DNA of 38,146 nt from a virus (taxonomy: Duplodnaviria; Caudoviricetes), in IMG/VR virus record IMGVR_UViG_3300011339_000897, positions 1-38,146 of that record; one strand, given 5' to 3'. Of the stretch, positions 1-8,672 are shown in pieces (position 1 is the stretch's first letter; the number at the start of each line of letters is the position of its first letter). The position numbers and the translations under genes are program-made. A model generated the notes under the pieces. It did not search any database. It was not told the origin of the DNA and worked only from the letters and a program-made list of their open reading frames with translations.

Positions 1-15
1 CGCGAGGCGGAAACC
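1..15 (+). repeat. Left copy of 15-bp terminal direct repeat (candidate cohesive-end cos sequence)
   Basis: CGCGAGGCGGAAACC at 1-15 is identical to 38129-38143. Confidence 0.8.
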
Positions 16-54
16 TGCCATTTTGGGCATGTTCAAAAGATTCCTTATGGTGGG

Positions 55-130
55 TATGGCAAATATGAGAATTATGGCAATTATGAGAATTTTCTATCAA
101 ATGTGAGAATGCTTTATCAAATTCAAGAAA
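55..130 (+). repeat. AT-rich imperfect tandem repeats next to the left end
   Basis: TATGGCAAATATGAGAAT (55-72) and TATGGCAATTATGAGAAT (73-90), then two degenerate 20-nt units containing TATCAAAT...AGAA (91-110, 111-130). Confidence 0.7.
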
Positions 131-182
131 AATATTATTATATTTGAAAACCATAAAAACTATACGTTGCCTGCATCCCCCA

Positions 183-211
183 TTGACGCAACCACTCGCC
201 TAGCGTACAGT
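183..211 (+). promoter_or_regulatory. sigma70-type promoter for the XRE gene
   Basis: TTGACG-N17-TACAGT, 9 nt before ATG 221. Confidence 0.7.
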
Positions 212-220
212 TCCCGCCTT

Positions 221-418
221 ATGCAAGTCAACTCATTCGCCGACGCCCTTAGCTCATTCCGCCTTTGCCACAACCTCAGCCAACTAGAATGCGCCGCGCT
301 CATCCCCTACCTCAGCGTGCGTTCACTAGAGAAGTGGGAACGTGGAGCCAGCGCCCCGCCCTTATGGTCGCAATGCCTGATCCTCGATGCACTCCACTAT
401 GCGATGACCAGCGATTAA
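221..418 (+). CDS. XRE/Cro-like helix-turn-helix regulator (65 aa)
   Basis: LSSFRLCHNLSQLECAALI..SVRSLEKWERGASAP matches the HTH_XRE pattern. Start moved to ATG 221 because the promoter lies inside the longer ORF. Confidence 0.8.
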   Translation: MQVNSFADALSSFRLCHNLSQLECAALIPYLSVRSLEKWERGASAPPLWSQCLILDALHYAMTSD

Positions 419-448
419 AATTATTTGATAAAATGTTTATTTATTGTG

Positions 449-477
449 TTGACGACACCACTCTACTAGCGTAGTCT
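449..477 (+). promoter_or_regulatory. sigma70-type promoter, twin of 183-211
   Basis: TTGACG-N17-TAGTCT with AT-rich upstream region; spacer shares ACCACTC..CTAGCG with the first promoter. Confidence 0.7.
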
Positions 478-521
478 ATCCACATGCAGCCAATCACGGC
501 TCGCACAACCATCCACCCAAT

Positions 522-746
522 ATGAAACCAGTAGTTTATTCCCTGTTCGACTCTTTCAATCAGCGCCATCTGTCCGACCACCGCACACTGGCCAATGCTC
601 TTAAGGCTCGCATCAAGCACGCCAAACAATGGCGCAAGGGAAACGGTGTCGATGCCTTCGTTCAGTACAAAATCCTGAAAAGCGACGACACTTTTATCAC
701 CCGCGACGAGATGATCGACGCTGAGATCGCCGCTGGCATTTATTAA
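522..746 (+). CDS. hypothetical early protein (74 aa)
   Basis: ATG ORF downstream of the promoter; leader CCCAATATGAAA is shared with the next gene. Confidence 0.7.
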   Translation: MKPVVYSLFDSFNQRHLSDHRTLANALKARIKHAKQWRKGNGVDAFVQYKILKSDDTFITRDEMIDAEIAAGIY

Positions 747-795
747 CAGAATCCCCTCCCACTTCCTCCCTTCAATCATTCACCACCACCCCAAT

Positions 796-1056
796 ATGAA
801 AAACATCATCCTCATCACCCTCCTCGTCTCCCAAGCCAGCAGCCTCACATGGATCGTGTCACTTGAAGCCCGGCTCACCGAACGCAACCCGACCGTGTTC
901 CTCCACCCCTACGATACGCCGGCATCTGACACGCCGATCTTCATCGCTCCACCGCCAGATCGTCCGAGCCGCCCAGTGCAGCGCCAGACCGAAGATTCTG
1001 AACTTTTGCCTCGCATCGCTCTTGACACAGAACCGGATGGTGCTCTTTTCCCGTAG
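796..1056 (+). CDS. hypothetical protein with N-terminal signal or TM segment (86 aa)
   Basis: Hydrophobic N-terminus MKNIILITLLVSQASSLTWIV, Pro-rich tail, followed by a terminator. Confidence 0.65.
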   Translation: MKNIILITLLVSQASSLTWIVSLEARLTERNPTVFLHPYDTPASDTPIFIAPPPDRPSRPVQRQTEDSELLPRIALDTEPDGALFP

Positions 1057-1093
1057 CCATCTGGAAAATGGGCTAGTCGTTTAGTAAAAGGGG

Positions 1094-1129
1094 AGCCCCG
1101 CTGGTCTTTTCAGGCCAGTGGGGTTTTTT
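1094..1129 (+). terminator. Rho-independent terminator between convergent units
   Basis: AGCCCCGCTGGTCT-TTTC-AGGCCAGTGGGGTT stem (with G-U pairs) followed by a T run. Confidence 0.75.
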
Positions 1130-1562
1130 ACGCCCTCTTCTGAAATTCGCGCTGGGCTACCAAAACAGTTTCTGTGCGCTCGATCAGCCGGTGGTGATGG
1201 TGCCTGTCTCCATGCACTCGCGCCCACATGACAAGTTCTATACCGGTTTTGATTCTGTGCCCGTAGTGTTTAGTGCCAAGGTCTCGCCATAAATTGCGAG
1301 AGCCTTTAGTTGGGTATTTTTGCTTTGCTTGCAACACGAGCTGTTTTTTAGACACGAAGCCGCCCGCCTGATCCTGCACTGCGAGTTCTTGCAGCGCGCT
1401 GGCCATTGCTGGTGCCTGCTCGTCTTCCTTGGTCTTCCTAATCGCCTTAGCCGCTTTCTTGGCTTCTGCGGCCTGTAGGAGCGCCTGCACGCGCTTGGCT
1501 GACTGCTGCCTGCGTTTCTCTTTGAGTGCGTGCTGAGCGCTTTCTGCCTTGTTTTTGCTCAT
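1128..1562 (-). CDS. hypothetical basic protein (144 aa)
   Basis: ATG ORF, K/R/A-rich helical N-half; ends at the terminator. Confidence 0.55.
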   Translation of the reverse strand: MSKNKAESAQHALKEKRRQQSAKRVQALLQAAEAKKAAKAIRKTKEDEQAPAMASALQELAVQDQAGGFVSKKQLVLQAKQKYPTKGSRNLWRDLGTKHYGHRIKTGIELVMWARVHGDRHHHHRLIERTETVLVAQREFQKRA

Positions 1563-1827
1563 TGCCTTGTGGTTCTTATGGTTTGTGTTTGTCGCTCTTG
1601 TCGTCGTGGTTTTTTCGCTTTCGCGCGCTTGGATGCGGTAGACTCAGCACCACGAAGTGGTCGCGTTCTGGAAGTGTAGGAGTCCGGAAAATCGCGGCGC
1701 TCTCGTGTAGAAATGGCATTTTCCGGGAGAGGCAAAAAAGGCAAAATAGCCTAAAAGTGGCCAATTATAACCAAATGGTTATGTAATTACTATAATCTTT
1801 ATTTTATTAAGAAAGAATATAGTTAAT

Positions 1828-1957
1828 ATCCCGGTAAACCGGTAAATGAAGGCCCTTTTTCCAACCTTTTCTAAAAAAAGGAAGATTGTCTTTAGCTTTA
1901 CAGGAAAAGGTTGGGATTTTGGGGTACGATTTACCGGTTTACCGGGATTTACCGGGA
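1828..1957. repeat. Large nested inverted repeat with short iterons; candidate replication origin
   Basis: Perfect 20-bp IR ATCCCGGTAAACCGGTAAAT (1828-1847 / 1929-1948); inner 11-bp IR CCAACCTTTTC (1861-1871 / 1904-1914); TTTACCGG at 1930, 1938 and 1948; AT-rich tract ~1785-1827; directly after the primase-helicase stop. Confidence 0.65.
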
Positions 1958-1960
1958 TTG

Positions 1961-4480
1961 CTATCGGATGATGTGATCGTGGAGGACGTTTACCTTGTAG
2001 GAATCATATCCAATATTCATGCTGTAAGGCGGCTGCTTGAGTGTTCGCGTGAACTTGTTGCAGGTATCGACCACGCACGTCTCGCCAGATGTTGCGCACC
2101 ATGCTTTGTATTCGCTGAACAGGTCGCGCATGGCGAAGTGCGCGCCGGGCTGCGGCACGATGCGTTCGGCCACGAATTGCTGGAGGCTGTCTTCTTCGAG
2201 GCGGTATTCCTCGGTGGCTGCCTTCACCATAGCAGGTGGGCACAGGCCACCGCGTTCCTCGAAGTCTAGGTAGCCGTCGATTGCGTGGTTTAGGATGCCG
2301 GGCAACTCCGCCTTAAAGGTGGCCCACATCTGCGAACGCGGTTTGCGCTCGTTTGCTGGTATCGTCACTTCCCATGGGATGAGGTGGATGCGTCGCCAAA
2401 TGCCGTGATCGACGCCAGAAATCTTTGGCTTGTGGTTGCCTACCATCCAGATTTTGTGCGTTGGGCTGAACGTATAAGGCTTTTCATATGGCCGGCGTGC
2501 CACGATATCCTCTCCACCCAGCAAGCCCTTGACCATGCTCTCATTGATCTTTTTATTGTCGGGCAGCTCGTCGGTGATGATGAGGCGCTTGCCTTCCAAC
2601 ATGCTCTTTTTGTAGTCGAGACTGGCGTCGCTGCCATTAGTGCCTAGCAGGGTGTTCACGTCCACCATAGTGCTGAGTTGATCGCCCAGCAGGAAACGCA
2701 GTACCATCAGGCCGGTGGACTTGCCGTTAGCTCCGAGACCGTAGCAAAAAAAGAGTGCATCATGGTCAACAAAGCCAGTCATGCTGTAGCCGACGATTCG
2801 CCACCAGTAGTCGATCATGTCTGGATCGCCGCCGAAGGCGCGGTGCAGGAAAGAATCAAACTCTGGGCATGTGGCGTTGGTGTCGTAGACGACTGGGCTG
2901 GCTACGCTGATCAGATCCTTCCTCTCCGTGGGCCTTACGATCTTCTTGGCGAAGTCCACGCACAAACCATTCGCCAACCCCAGCAAATGCCTGTGCTTGT
3001 CGTACTCGGTGGCGTTGCGGCTCATCGCATCAAACCTCTGTGCAAGCGTCAGCACGTTGGTCATGTATGGCAGCTTTTGCAGGCTGCCGCATCGTTGCTT
3101 GATCTGCTGAATGTGAGCGGCGTTGTTCTTGGTGACCTCCTTGTTCTTGGCTGCCTTTGATTCTGCATCAACGTGCGCGATCAACGTGTGGTACGCCGTG
3201 ATGACCTGCGCGGACATGTTGTGGATGCTGCTGCCGATAGTGTCTTTCGTCCACAGGCCGGTAGTGGCGTTGTATTTTCGCCACATCTGGGAGAGTGGGT
3301 CGTAGGAGAAATCCTTGCTGGATGTGAGCCGGAACAGTTTTGAATCGCCCACTTGTTCTTCTGAGTAATATTTTGCGATCGTTTCAATATCCAGCTCGTC
3401 GGACTCGCCGATGATCTCTTTATCGGATTCGCTCAACTCTGGTGCTTCTTGATCTTTTTCCAACAGGTCTGTGTGTGCGGCATCACCATTTTCCTTGCCG
3501 AAGATGATGCGGCCCAGCCATGTTTTGCGCCTAGAGGCAGCGCCGGCATCAAAGCCGTGTTGCTGCGCGTAATGGATGACCGTGCGGATGGTCACGGTCT
3601 TGAGCCTGTTGCGGTGCTTGCGCTCGTACTCGCCCGGATTCTCTTCTGGTGCCCATTCGTTTAGCACCATCACGCCGGCGGCAAGCGGCAGCACGCTGAA
3701 CACGCCAGAGGCGATCCGCAGCCATGTGTCGTAGTCCGGTCGTTTTGGCAACCACTTCAGGATCTCACGCACGTCCTCGATGCTCATGTCGTGCTGGTCT
3801 TCCTCGAACGGCGTGATTTCTCTTGTCTGCTTGGCTGGTCGAATGACCTCCTTTTCTGCTACGGCTGTCACTTGCAGGACTTGTGTCTCCTCTTGCCTGC
3901 ACCATGCGTCTGGATCGTAGCTGACAAAGCACAGGCGCTCCACATCTTTACAAGCCTTGTCGATGGTCAGGCCGTATTCTTCGCGGAAATATTCTTTGGC
4001 GGTGGCAAAGCTAGCAAGGTGCTGGCTTCCGTCGATGCGGAGGGCGCATTTGATACCGACGCCAGATGGCCCGACGAATACGGCACCGATATGTGGGTCA
4101 GCCTGTAGGCGTGCCCGTATGTCGCTCTGTACTAGGCCAAGATTCTCTTTGCCGTCAAAGTCGCACTGCAACCACCCGCTGTGAGTGCGAGCGCGCACAG
4201 GAGCGTTTTTGGAGCGGCTGACCATGCTGCACGAGAGCGTGACGGCTGGCAGTTTTCGCTTAAGTAGCCCCATCTTTGCTGTGTCGGCTGCTGCTGCATA
4301 CTGGCGGATCTTTATGACGAGATCTTGGTACGTGCCAGACTTGCACTGCGTGATGAACTTGTTAAGCGAGCCAATATGGATGGGTGTGACGGATGTAGCG
4401 TCCGGAAACCATGAAATCTGTGCTTCGGCTGTGCCGGCTACTTCGGCTTCTTCTAGTGTGGTGTTGTCTTTGAGAGTCAT
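1961..4480 (-). CDS. Primase-helicase: VirE_N (BT4734-like) + PriCT-2 + D5/P4-family SF3 helicase (839 aa)
   Basis: KRKLPAVT, QCDFD, FVGPSGVGIK and DKACKDVERLCFVSYDP (VirE_N); DYDTWLRIASG..EW (PriCT-2); GLGANGKST Walker A, LIITDE Walker B, GNHKP and DHGIWRR (P4/D5). Confidence 0.9.
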   Translation of the reverse strand: MTLKDNTTLEEAEVAGTAEAQISWFPDATSVTPIHIGSLNKFITQCKSGTYQDLVIKIRQYAAAADTAKMGLLKRKLPAVTLSCSMVSRSKNAPVRARTHSGWLQCDFDGKENLGLVQSDIRARLQADPHIGAVFVGPSGVGIKCALRIDGSQHLASFATAKEYFREEYGLTIDKACKDVERLCFVSYDPDAWCRQEETQVLQVTAVAEKEVIRPAKQTREITPFEEDQHDMSIEDVREILKWLPKRPDYDTWLRIASGVFSVLPLAAGVMVLNEWAPEENPGEYERKHRNRLKTVTIRTVIHYAQQHGFDAGAASRRKTWLGRIIFGKENGDAAHTDLLEKDQEAPELSESDKEIIGESDELDIETIAKYYSEEQVGDSKLFRLTSSKDFSYDPLSQMWRKYNATTGLWTKDTIGSSIHNMSAQVITAYHTLIAHVDAESKAAKNKEVTKNNAAHIQQIKQRCGSLQKLPYMTNVLTLAQRFDAMSRNATEYDKHRHLLGLANGLCVDFAKKIVRPTERKDLISVASPVVYDTNATCPEFDSFLHRAFGGDPDMIDYWWRIVGYSMTGFVDHDALFFCYGLGANGKSTGLMVLRFLLGDQLSTMVDVNTLLGTNGSDASLDYKKSMLEGKRLIITDELPDNKKINESMVKGLLGGEDIVARRPYEKPYTFSPTHKIWMVGNHKPKISGVDHGIWRRIHLIPWEVTIPANERKPRSQMWATFKAELPGILNHAIDGYLDFEERGGLCPPAMVKAATEEYRLEEDSLQQFVAERIVPQPGAHFAMRDLFSEYKAWCATSGETCVVDTCNKFTRTLKQPPYSMNIGYDSYKVNVLHDHIIR

Positions 4481-5841
4481 GACTGAGTAATGCGGTTTGT
4501 GAATTCGATGGCTTCTTTTGATACCCAGACGCCCTTAAAAACGTCCTTCAAGTATAATCCTGACAGGGTGCGCACCCGGCTGAGTGCAACGTAGGTTTGT
4601 CCGGGCTCGCGAGTAGCGCGCACGTCGATGAGGGCGGAGTCAAGGCTGAGTCCTTGGCTCTTGTGGATGGTCGCTGCCCATGCGAGCTTTAGCGGCAACT
4701 GCTCAACGCTGCCTTTGGTGTTGTCACTTGGGTCCACGTGCCAGACGTATGGGTCAATCTCAACCTGCCTTCCGCAGTCGAGCTTCAACAGCACACTTGG
4801 CCGTCCTTGGTAAATACCAACCACGGTGCCCAAGCTGCCATTGACCGCCTTGAGTGCTCCGTTGCTGCCGGGAATACTCAGGTTGGCTGTGACCATGACC
4901 CGTGCGCCAACTTTGATTTTTAGCACTTGCGGTGTGAGCATGTTCTTGATCATCCAATCACATCCAGAGTGCCCAGATGACGCCATCGTAAATGTGGACT
5001 GCGGAGTTTCCAGCCCCTCCAACATCATGTTGTTGTACCGGTCCACTTGCGTGTTGTGGGTGAACAGGCGCAGCAGGTCAGCACGAGGAAATAGTGCAAC
5101 GCGCTTGGCAAGAATAGCTGAATGTTTTGGCTCGATCCTGCCTTCTCTCACATTGTTAAGCAGATCTTTGAACACGTCATCATTCTGCCGGTGAATGCGC
5201 TGAAGAACGACGTGCTTGAAGTTGGATCGCTGCCATGCCGAGTTCTGGAAGGCCCAATCATACTTGCCTGTCTTGGACACAGGCGGCAATTGCAGGAAGT
5301 CCCCGACGCATATGACCTGCAATCCTCCCCATGGGCTACTATTCTCGCGTACTTGCCGGCACAACCATTCCAAGAACTGAAACGTCCTGCCCGGCAACAT
5401 GCTGATCTCGTCGATGATTAGGCATTCTGCGCTACAAACCCTTTTCCATGCGCCGGTCCTCGTGATGCTGAATGGAGGTTTCTTCATTTCAGCGCACAAA
5501 CGGTCAAAGCACGATTCGTCAGTTTCGTGAGGCAATGGACCAAGGCCAATGCCTGACCACCTGTAAATGGTGTTGGCGTTGACCGATAAATTGCACTTTT
5601 CTTGGATCTGGTCGCGCAGGTTAAGCGCGGCGATCCCGGTTGTGGCAGTCACGTCGGTCTTGCGTGCACCTCCAGCAATAAATTGAGTAATGACAGTGCT
5701 CTTGCCAGTGCCGGCGTTGCCTGTGAGAAACACGTTCCGCCCTTGAAGCATGGTGTTGACTGCTTCTTGCTGGGACGGGTCGAGCTTAATTGATGGTGGA
5801 CCTGTTGACTGGTCGATGTCGTTGGAAAGTTCTAGAATCAT
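4477..5841 (-). CDS. Pif1-family SF1B DNA helicase
   Basis: FLTGNAGTGKS, TATTGIAA, LIIDEISM, GGLQVICVGDFLQLPPV, QLPLKLAWAATIHKSQG and YVALSR. Start at ATG 5841 (track gives 5856). Confidence 0.92.
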   Translation of the reverse strand: MILELSNDIDQSTGPPSIKLDPSQQEAVNTMLQGRNVFLTGNAGTGKSTVITQFIAGGARKTDVTATTGIAALNLRDQIQEKCNLSVNANTIYRWSGIGLGPLPHETDESCFDRLCAEMKKPPFSITRTGAWKRVCSAECLIIDEISMLPGRTFQFLEWLCRQVRENSSPWGGLQVICVGDFLQLPPVSKTGKYDWAFQNSAWQRSNFKHVVLQRIHRQNDDVFKDLLNNVREGRIEPKHSAILAKRVALFPRADLLRLFTHNTQVDRYNNMMLEGLETPQSTFTMASSGHSGCDWMIKNMLTPQVLKIKVGARVMVTANLSIPGSNGALKAVNGSLGTVVGIYQGRPSVLLKLDCGRQVEIDPYVWHVDPSDNTKGSVEQLPLKLAWAATIHKSQGLSLDSALIDVRATREPGQTYVALSRVRTLSGLYLKDVFKGVWVSKEAIEFTNRITQS

Positions 5842-6004
5842 GATGTTCGTGGACAATTAAATGAAAGGGAAACCGCCCCGGTGCAGACGCACGAACACGG
5901 CCAGAGTTGCCGATTCCACCTGACGTAGCAGGTGGCGCAGAATTCGGCTGGCACGAGATCCATCCGCTTGTTGAGCTGGTGGAACCATGCGATATCGCGC
6001 AGCG

Positions 6005-6439
6005 TTACGGTGCCGGTGGGTGGTACGGGGCGAGCGGCATTGTTGAGAGCTGGCCTAGCACTGGCAGTGGGAATAGAAGCAATGGCGGCATCCCATGCCT
6101 CGATAACGCGAGCCACGCGGTCTGGCTCGAATGTGCCATGATAATCCCCATCTGGCTCTGCGGGAGGAGGCAGGCTTGCTGCCACAGTTTCTCGCTGTCC
6201 GTGCTCTTCGGTGGGAAGTTGGGTATCACGTCTGTCAGGTTTTCGGTCCCGACAAGGCGCTCTTCTGGTAAGGGCGATGGGGGTGAAATAAACTGGATTG
6301 GCCGCGTCGGTGACCCCATCGACTTGTACGATGCCGATTCTGAACTTTTTATGACGAGCGGCGATGTTTTTTTTTGCGCTTCTTCCTGTTCCTTGGCCTT
6401 GGCGGCTGCGTGTGCAGCCGCTATTTCTCGCATGGTCAT
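6005..6439 (-). CDS. hypothetical protein
   Basis: ATG 4 nt after the exonuclease stop; fills the operon gap. Confidence 0.55.
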   Translation of the reverse strand: MTMREIAAAHAAAKAKEQEEAQKKTSPLVIKSSESASYKSMGSPTRPIQFISPPSPLPEERLVGTENLTDVIPNFPPKSTDSEKLWQQACLLPQSQMGIIMAHSSQTAWLALSRHGMPPLLLFPLPVLGQLSTMPLAPYHPPAP

Positions 6440-6443
6440 AGTG

Positions 6444-7121
6444 CTAGTAGTCGAGGTCAGCCGCCGCTGGTGCGGTTGCTGGTGCTTCTGTGATACCCAG
6501 CATCCGCTCCATGACTTTTGCGGTAATGGCCATGTCATTATTAAGGTACTCCAAAGCCTTGGCTCTGTCGTTTACCCATAGGCCGGCAAACTCCTTACCG
6601 CTGCCGTTCTTGGCTGGAAGTCCAAGGAACTTGCACACGGTGTCCAACTTTACCCACTCCATGCGGTCGCCGCACTGCCATTCCAGTGCAAGGTCGATGA
6701 ACACACTTTGGTTTACGTATCCACGGGTCATGTAAACGCCAGAGGGAATGGCGATACCGTGAGCCCAGCTCCTTCGTGTTAGGAAAGGAATGTCGAATTT
6801 GTTGGAGTTGAAGCCGACAACCGCCCGGCGTTCTCGCACTCGATCCTCTAGCCATGCCCAAAACGCGCGCAGATTTACTGCCTCATCGTCGTCTTGCAAA
6901 ATTGTGGTCACTCCATCATAACGCAAACCAATTGCAAGAACCTTGCCGGTAAGAGCCGACAATGCCCCGCGATCCAGCCATGTGGCTTTCTGCTCTGCGA
7001 TGTTTTCGGCAATCTTAGCCGCGTCTTTGTAGTTGGCCGGCGCTTTAAACTCTGGACACAGGTGCTCGATCTGGTCGAGCGGTAGAGCGCCGGTTTCAAT
7101 GTCAAACAGGGCGGTTTTCAA
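6444..7121 (-). CDS. Stand-alone DEDD 3'-5' exonuclease (PolB-exonuclease-like)
   Basis: LFDIET (ExoI), VGFNSNKFDIPFL (ExoII), LEYLNNDM (ExoIII); TTG start overlaps the upstream TGA. Confidence 0.85.
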   Translation of the reverse strand: MKTALFDIETGALPLDQIEHLCPEFKAPANYKDAAKIAENIAEQKATWLDRGALSALTGKVLAIGLRYDGVTTILQDDDEAVNLRAFWAWLEDRVRERRAVVGFNSNKFDIPFLTRRSWAHGIAIPSGVYMTRGYVNQSVFIDLALEWQCGDRMEWVKLDTVCKFLGLPAKNGSGKEFAGLWVNDRAKALEYLNNDMAITAKVMERMLGITEAPATAPAAADLDY

Positions 7122-7858
7122 AATGTTTCCTCCCCTTTGTCTGCGACTTGGGTCAGCATTTCCATGGCTTCTGCCACGGCTGCCATTAGGCGATTGTCGG
7201 CAGCCTTCAGTTTTTGCCCATGCAGACTTGGAATCCACTTACTATGCAGGCTCTTAATGCCTTCCTCTGGCAGGTCCCCCAGCTCCTGCCCCTCGTATTT
7301 GCCAACGTGCACCTTGACCTTCTGCCAGTCTTCGCGCCCGGTCGGCTCGTCGTCTACTAGTGCAGTTGATGCCTTCTTGTACGTGCCGCCGGCGTCCTTT
7401 TCTTCACGGTCTTTAACGCGGACGTATGCGCCAGAAACCTTGTATGGGGTGTCAGTTTTGTCTGGTTTGATCAATCCGATCTTGGCGTAAGTGCGATCAT
7501 CCTTGGCTTCGTGTTCGACGATAATCTGCACTGGAAAACCCAGCAGCTCGCCTTCCACGTCAAACTGCTTTTCCTCTGCTGCGGTTAGGTCGCGGCCCCG
7601 AATCTTCTTAAGATCGCGGCGAAACGATGATTTCTCATGCAGGCTAAGACTGTAAGGCACCGAAAACATCAGGCCGGCACGTCCATTGATGTCCACGTGT
7701 TCGGTCTCGTAGACGACCTTGAACACGTTCTTGTCTCCAAACTTGGTGCTGATCATCTTGGGAGGTGTCACGTCTACAATAACGGCCTTGATGAATCCGT
7801 CTGATTCTGGGTGTGGGGCAAAGTTGCCTTTTGATGTATTGCTGAGTATAAAGCTCAT
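7118..7858 (-). CDS. Putative single-stranded DNA-binding protein (246 aa)
   Basis: FAPHP..AVIVDV, SLSLHEKSSFRRDL..GRDLT and TYAKI pattern resembles phage SSB-like proteins; acidic C-terminus ending in F (GEETF); replication context. Confidence 0.6.
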   Translation of the reverse strand: MSFILSNTSKGNFAPHPESDGFIKAVIVDVTPPKMISTKFGDKNVFKVVYETEHVDINGRAGLMFSVPYSLSLHEKSSFRRDLKKIRGRDLTAAEEKQFDVEGELLGFPVQIIVEHEAKDDRTYAKIGLIKPDKTDTPYKVSGAYVRVKDREEKDAGGTYKKASTALVDDEPTGREDWQKVKVHVGKYEGQELGDLPEEGIKSLHSKWIPSLHGQKLKAADNRLMAAVAEAMEMLTQVADKGEETF

Positions 7859-7928
7859 GTTGTTTTGCTGTTATGTTTTCTGGTTTGTTTGTTTTGTTGG
7901 GAGAGAAAATCTTTTGTAATGCCGGCAT

Positions 7929-8261
7929 TTATCCTTCGTACTTTGGAATCTTCATCCAAGCGAACAGCTCACTGCTGGGCACATAGACCGCACCTCCGTA
8001 ATTGGACCATACGTAATGTTGTGACTCTTGATCGTATCGGAACAGATCGACGGATTTATCGTCTGCATCAATAGAACTGCCCCACACGCCAAGGAACTCT
8101 CGATCTTTTGGTGCGGTTTCCATCGGCTGCCACGTCATGGTTTTGAGTATGTGGATGGCTTGAGCAAGTGCACTGCCATGGTGTTTGTCCAGAATCGAGT
8201 ATAACCGGTGACGGTTGTAGTTCTCAAAATACTCGATCAGTTCTTCAATTGTTTCGTTCAT
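7929..8261 (-). CDS. hypothetical protein with WQPMETAPKD (DUF551-like) motif
   Basis: WQPMETAPKD...AWMKIP is typical of DUF551-like small phage proteins. Confidence 0.65.
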   Translation of the reverse strand: MNETIEELIEYFENYNRHRLYSILDKHHGSALAQAIHILKTMTWQPMETAPKDREFLGVWGSSIDADDKSVDLFRYDQESQHYVWSNYGGAVYVPSSELFAWMKIPKYEG

Positions 8262-8283
8262 TAGCTTGTCGCTAGCTTGGGTT

Positions 8284-8478
8284 TCAGCTAAACCACTCTT
8301 CTTTATCAACGGGTTGCGGTGGATTTTTTAGCTTGTCGATTGGTTTGATTTTGACTGGCACATGCTCAAAGCAGGTTTCGGTGTGGTGAGCAAACGAATT
8401 CCACCGCGTGCACCACCCCTCCCATGGGTGATGGGTGTGCCAGTGATCGCAGGTCATGCAGGTGGGGTGAAGGTTCAT
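8284..8478 (-). CDS. small Cys/His-rich hypothetical protein
   Basis: CMTCDHW..GWC..TCFEH, possible metal binding. Confidence 0.6.
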   Translation of the reverse strand: MNLHPTCMTCDHWHTHHPWEGWCTRWNSFAHHTETCFEHVPVKIKPIDKLKNPPQPVDKEEWFS

Positions 8479-8480
8479 TC

Positions 8481-8672
8481 TTACCATAAATCTATATGGC
8501 TAGGAGGTTGAGTCGTGTCCGATCCAGATCGGTCAGCCTTAAAAGGATGGTGTGGAACAACACTATATATTTCATGCGTATCTCTGCCTTCAGGATCAAC
8601 ATATCTAACATTAAGATCTCCGTGTTTGGCTTTAACTTTTTTTAACTCGGCGAGTAATTTAGAGATTTTCAT
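8481..8672 (-). CDS. hypothetical protein (63 aa)
   Basis: ATGA overlap with thyA; [22 protein letters not shown]. Confidence 0.7.
   Translation of the reverse strand: MKISKLLAELKKVKAKHGDLNVRYVDPEGRDTHEIYSVVPHHPFKADRSGSDTTQPPSHIDLW

Noticed and set aside
55-130. Mini CRISPR array
   Set aside because: Repeats are adjacent with no unique spacers.
1559-1744. 61-aa basic ORF next to the origin candidate
   Set aside because: TTG start in repeat-rich DNA, low complexity and a competing frame; not supportable.
1828-1957. N15-type telomere (telRL) site of a linear plasmid prophage
   Set aside because: No protelomerase or partition genes; the palindrome is interrupted by spacers.
5838-6005. Small Cys-rich ORF upstream of Pif1
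   Set aside because: Its stop overlaps the Pif1 ATG, but two competing frames exist and no clear start can be chosen.
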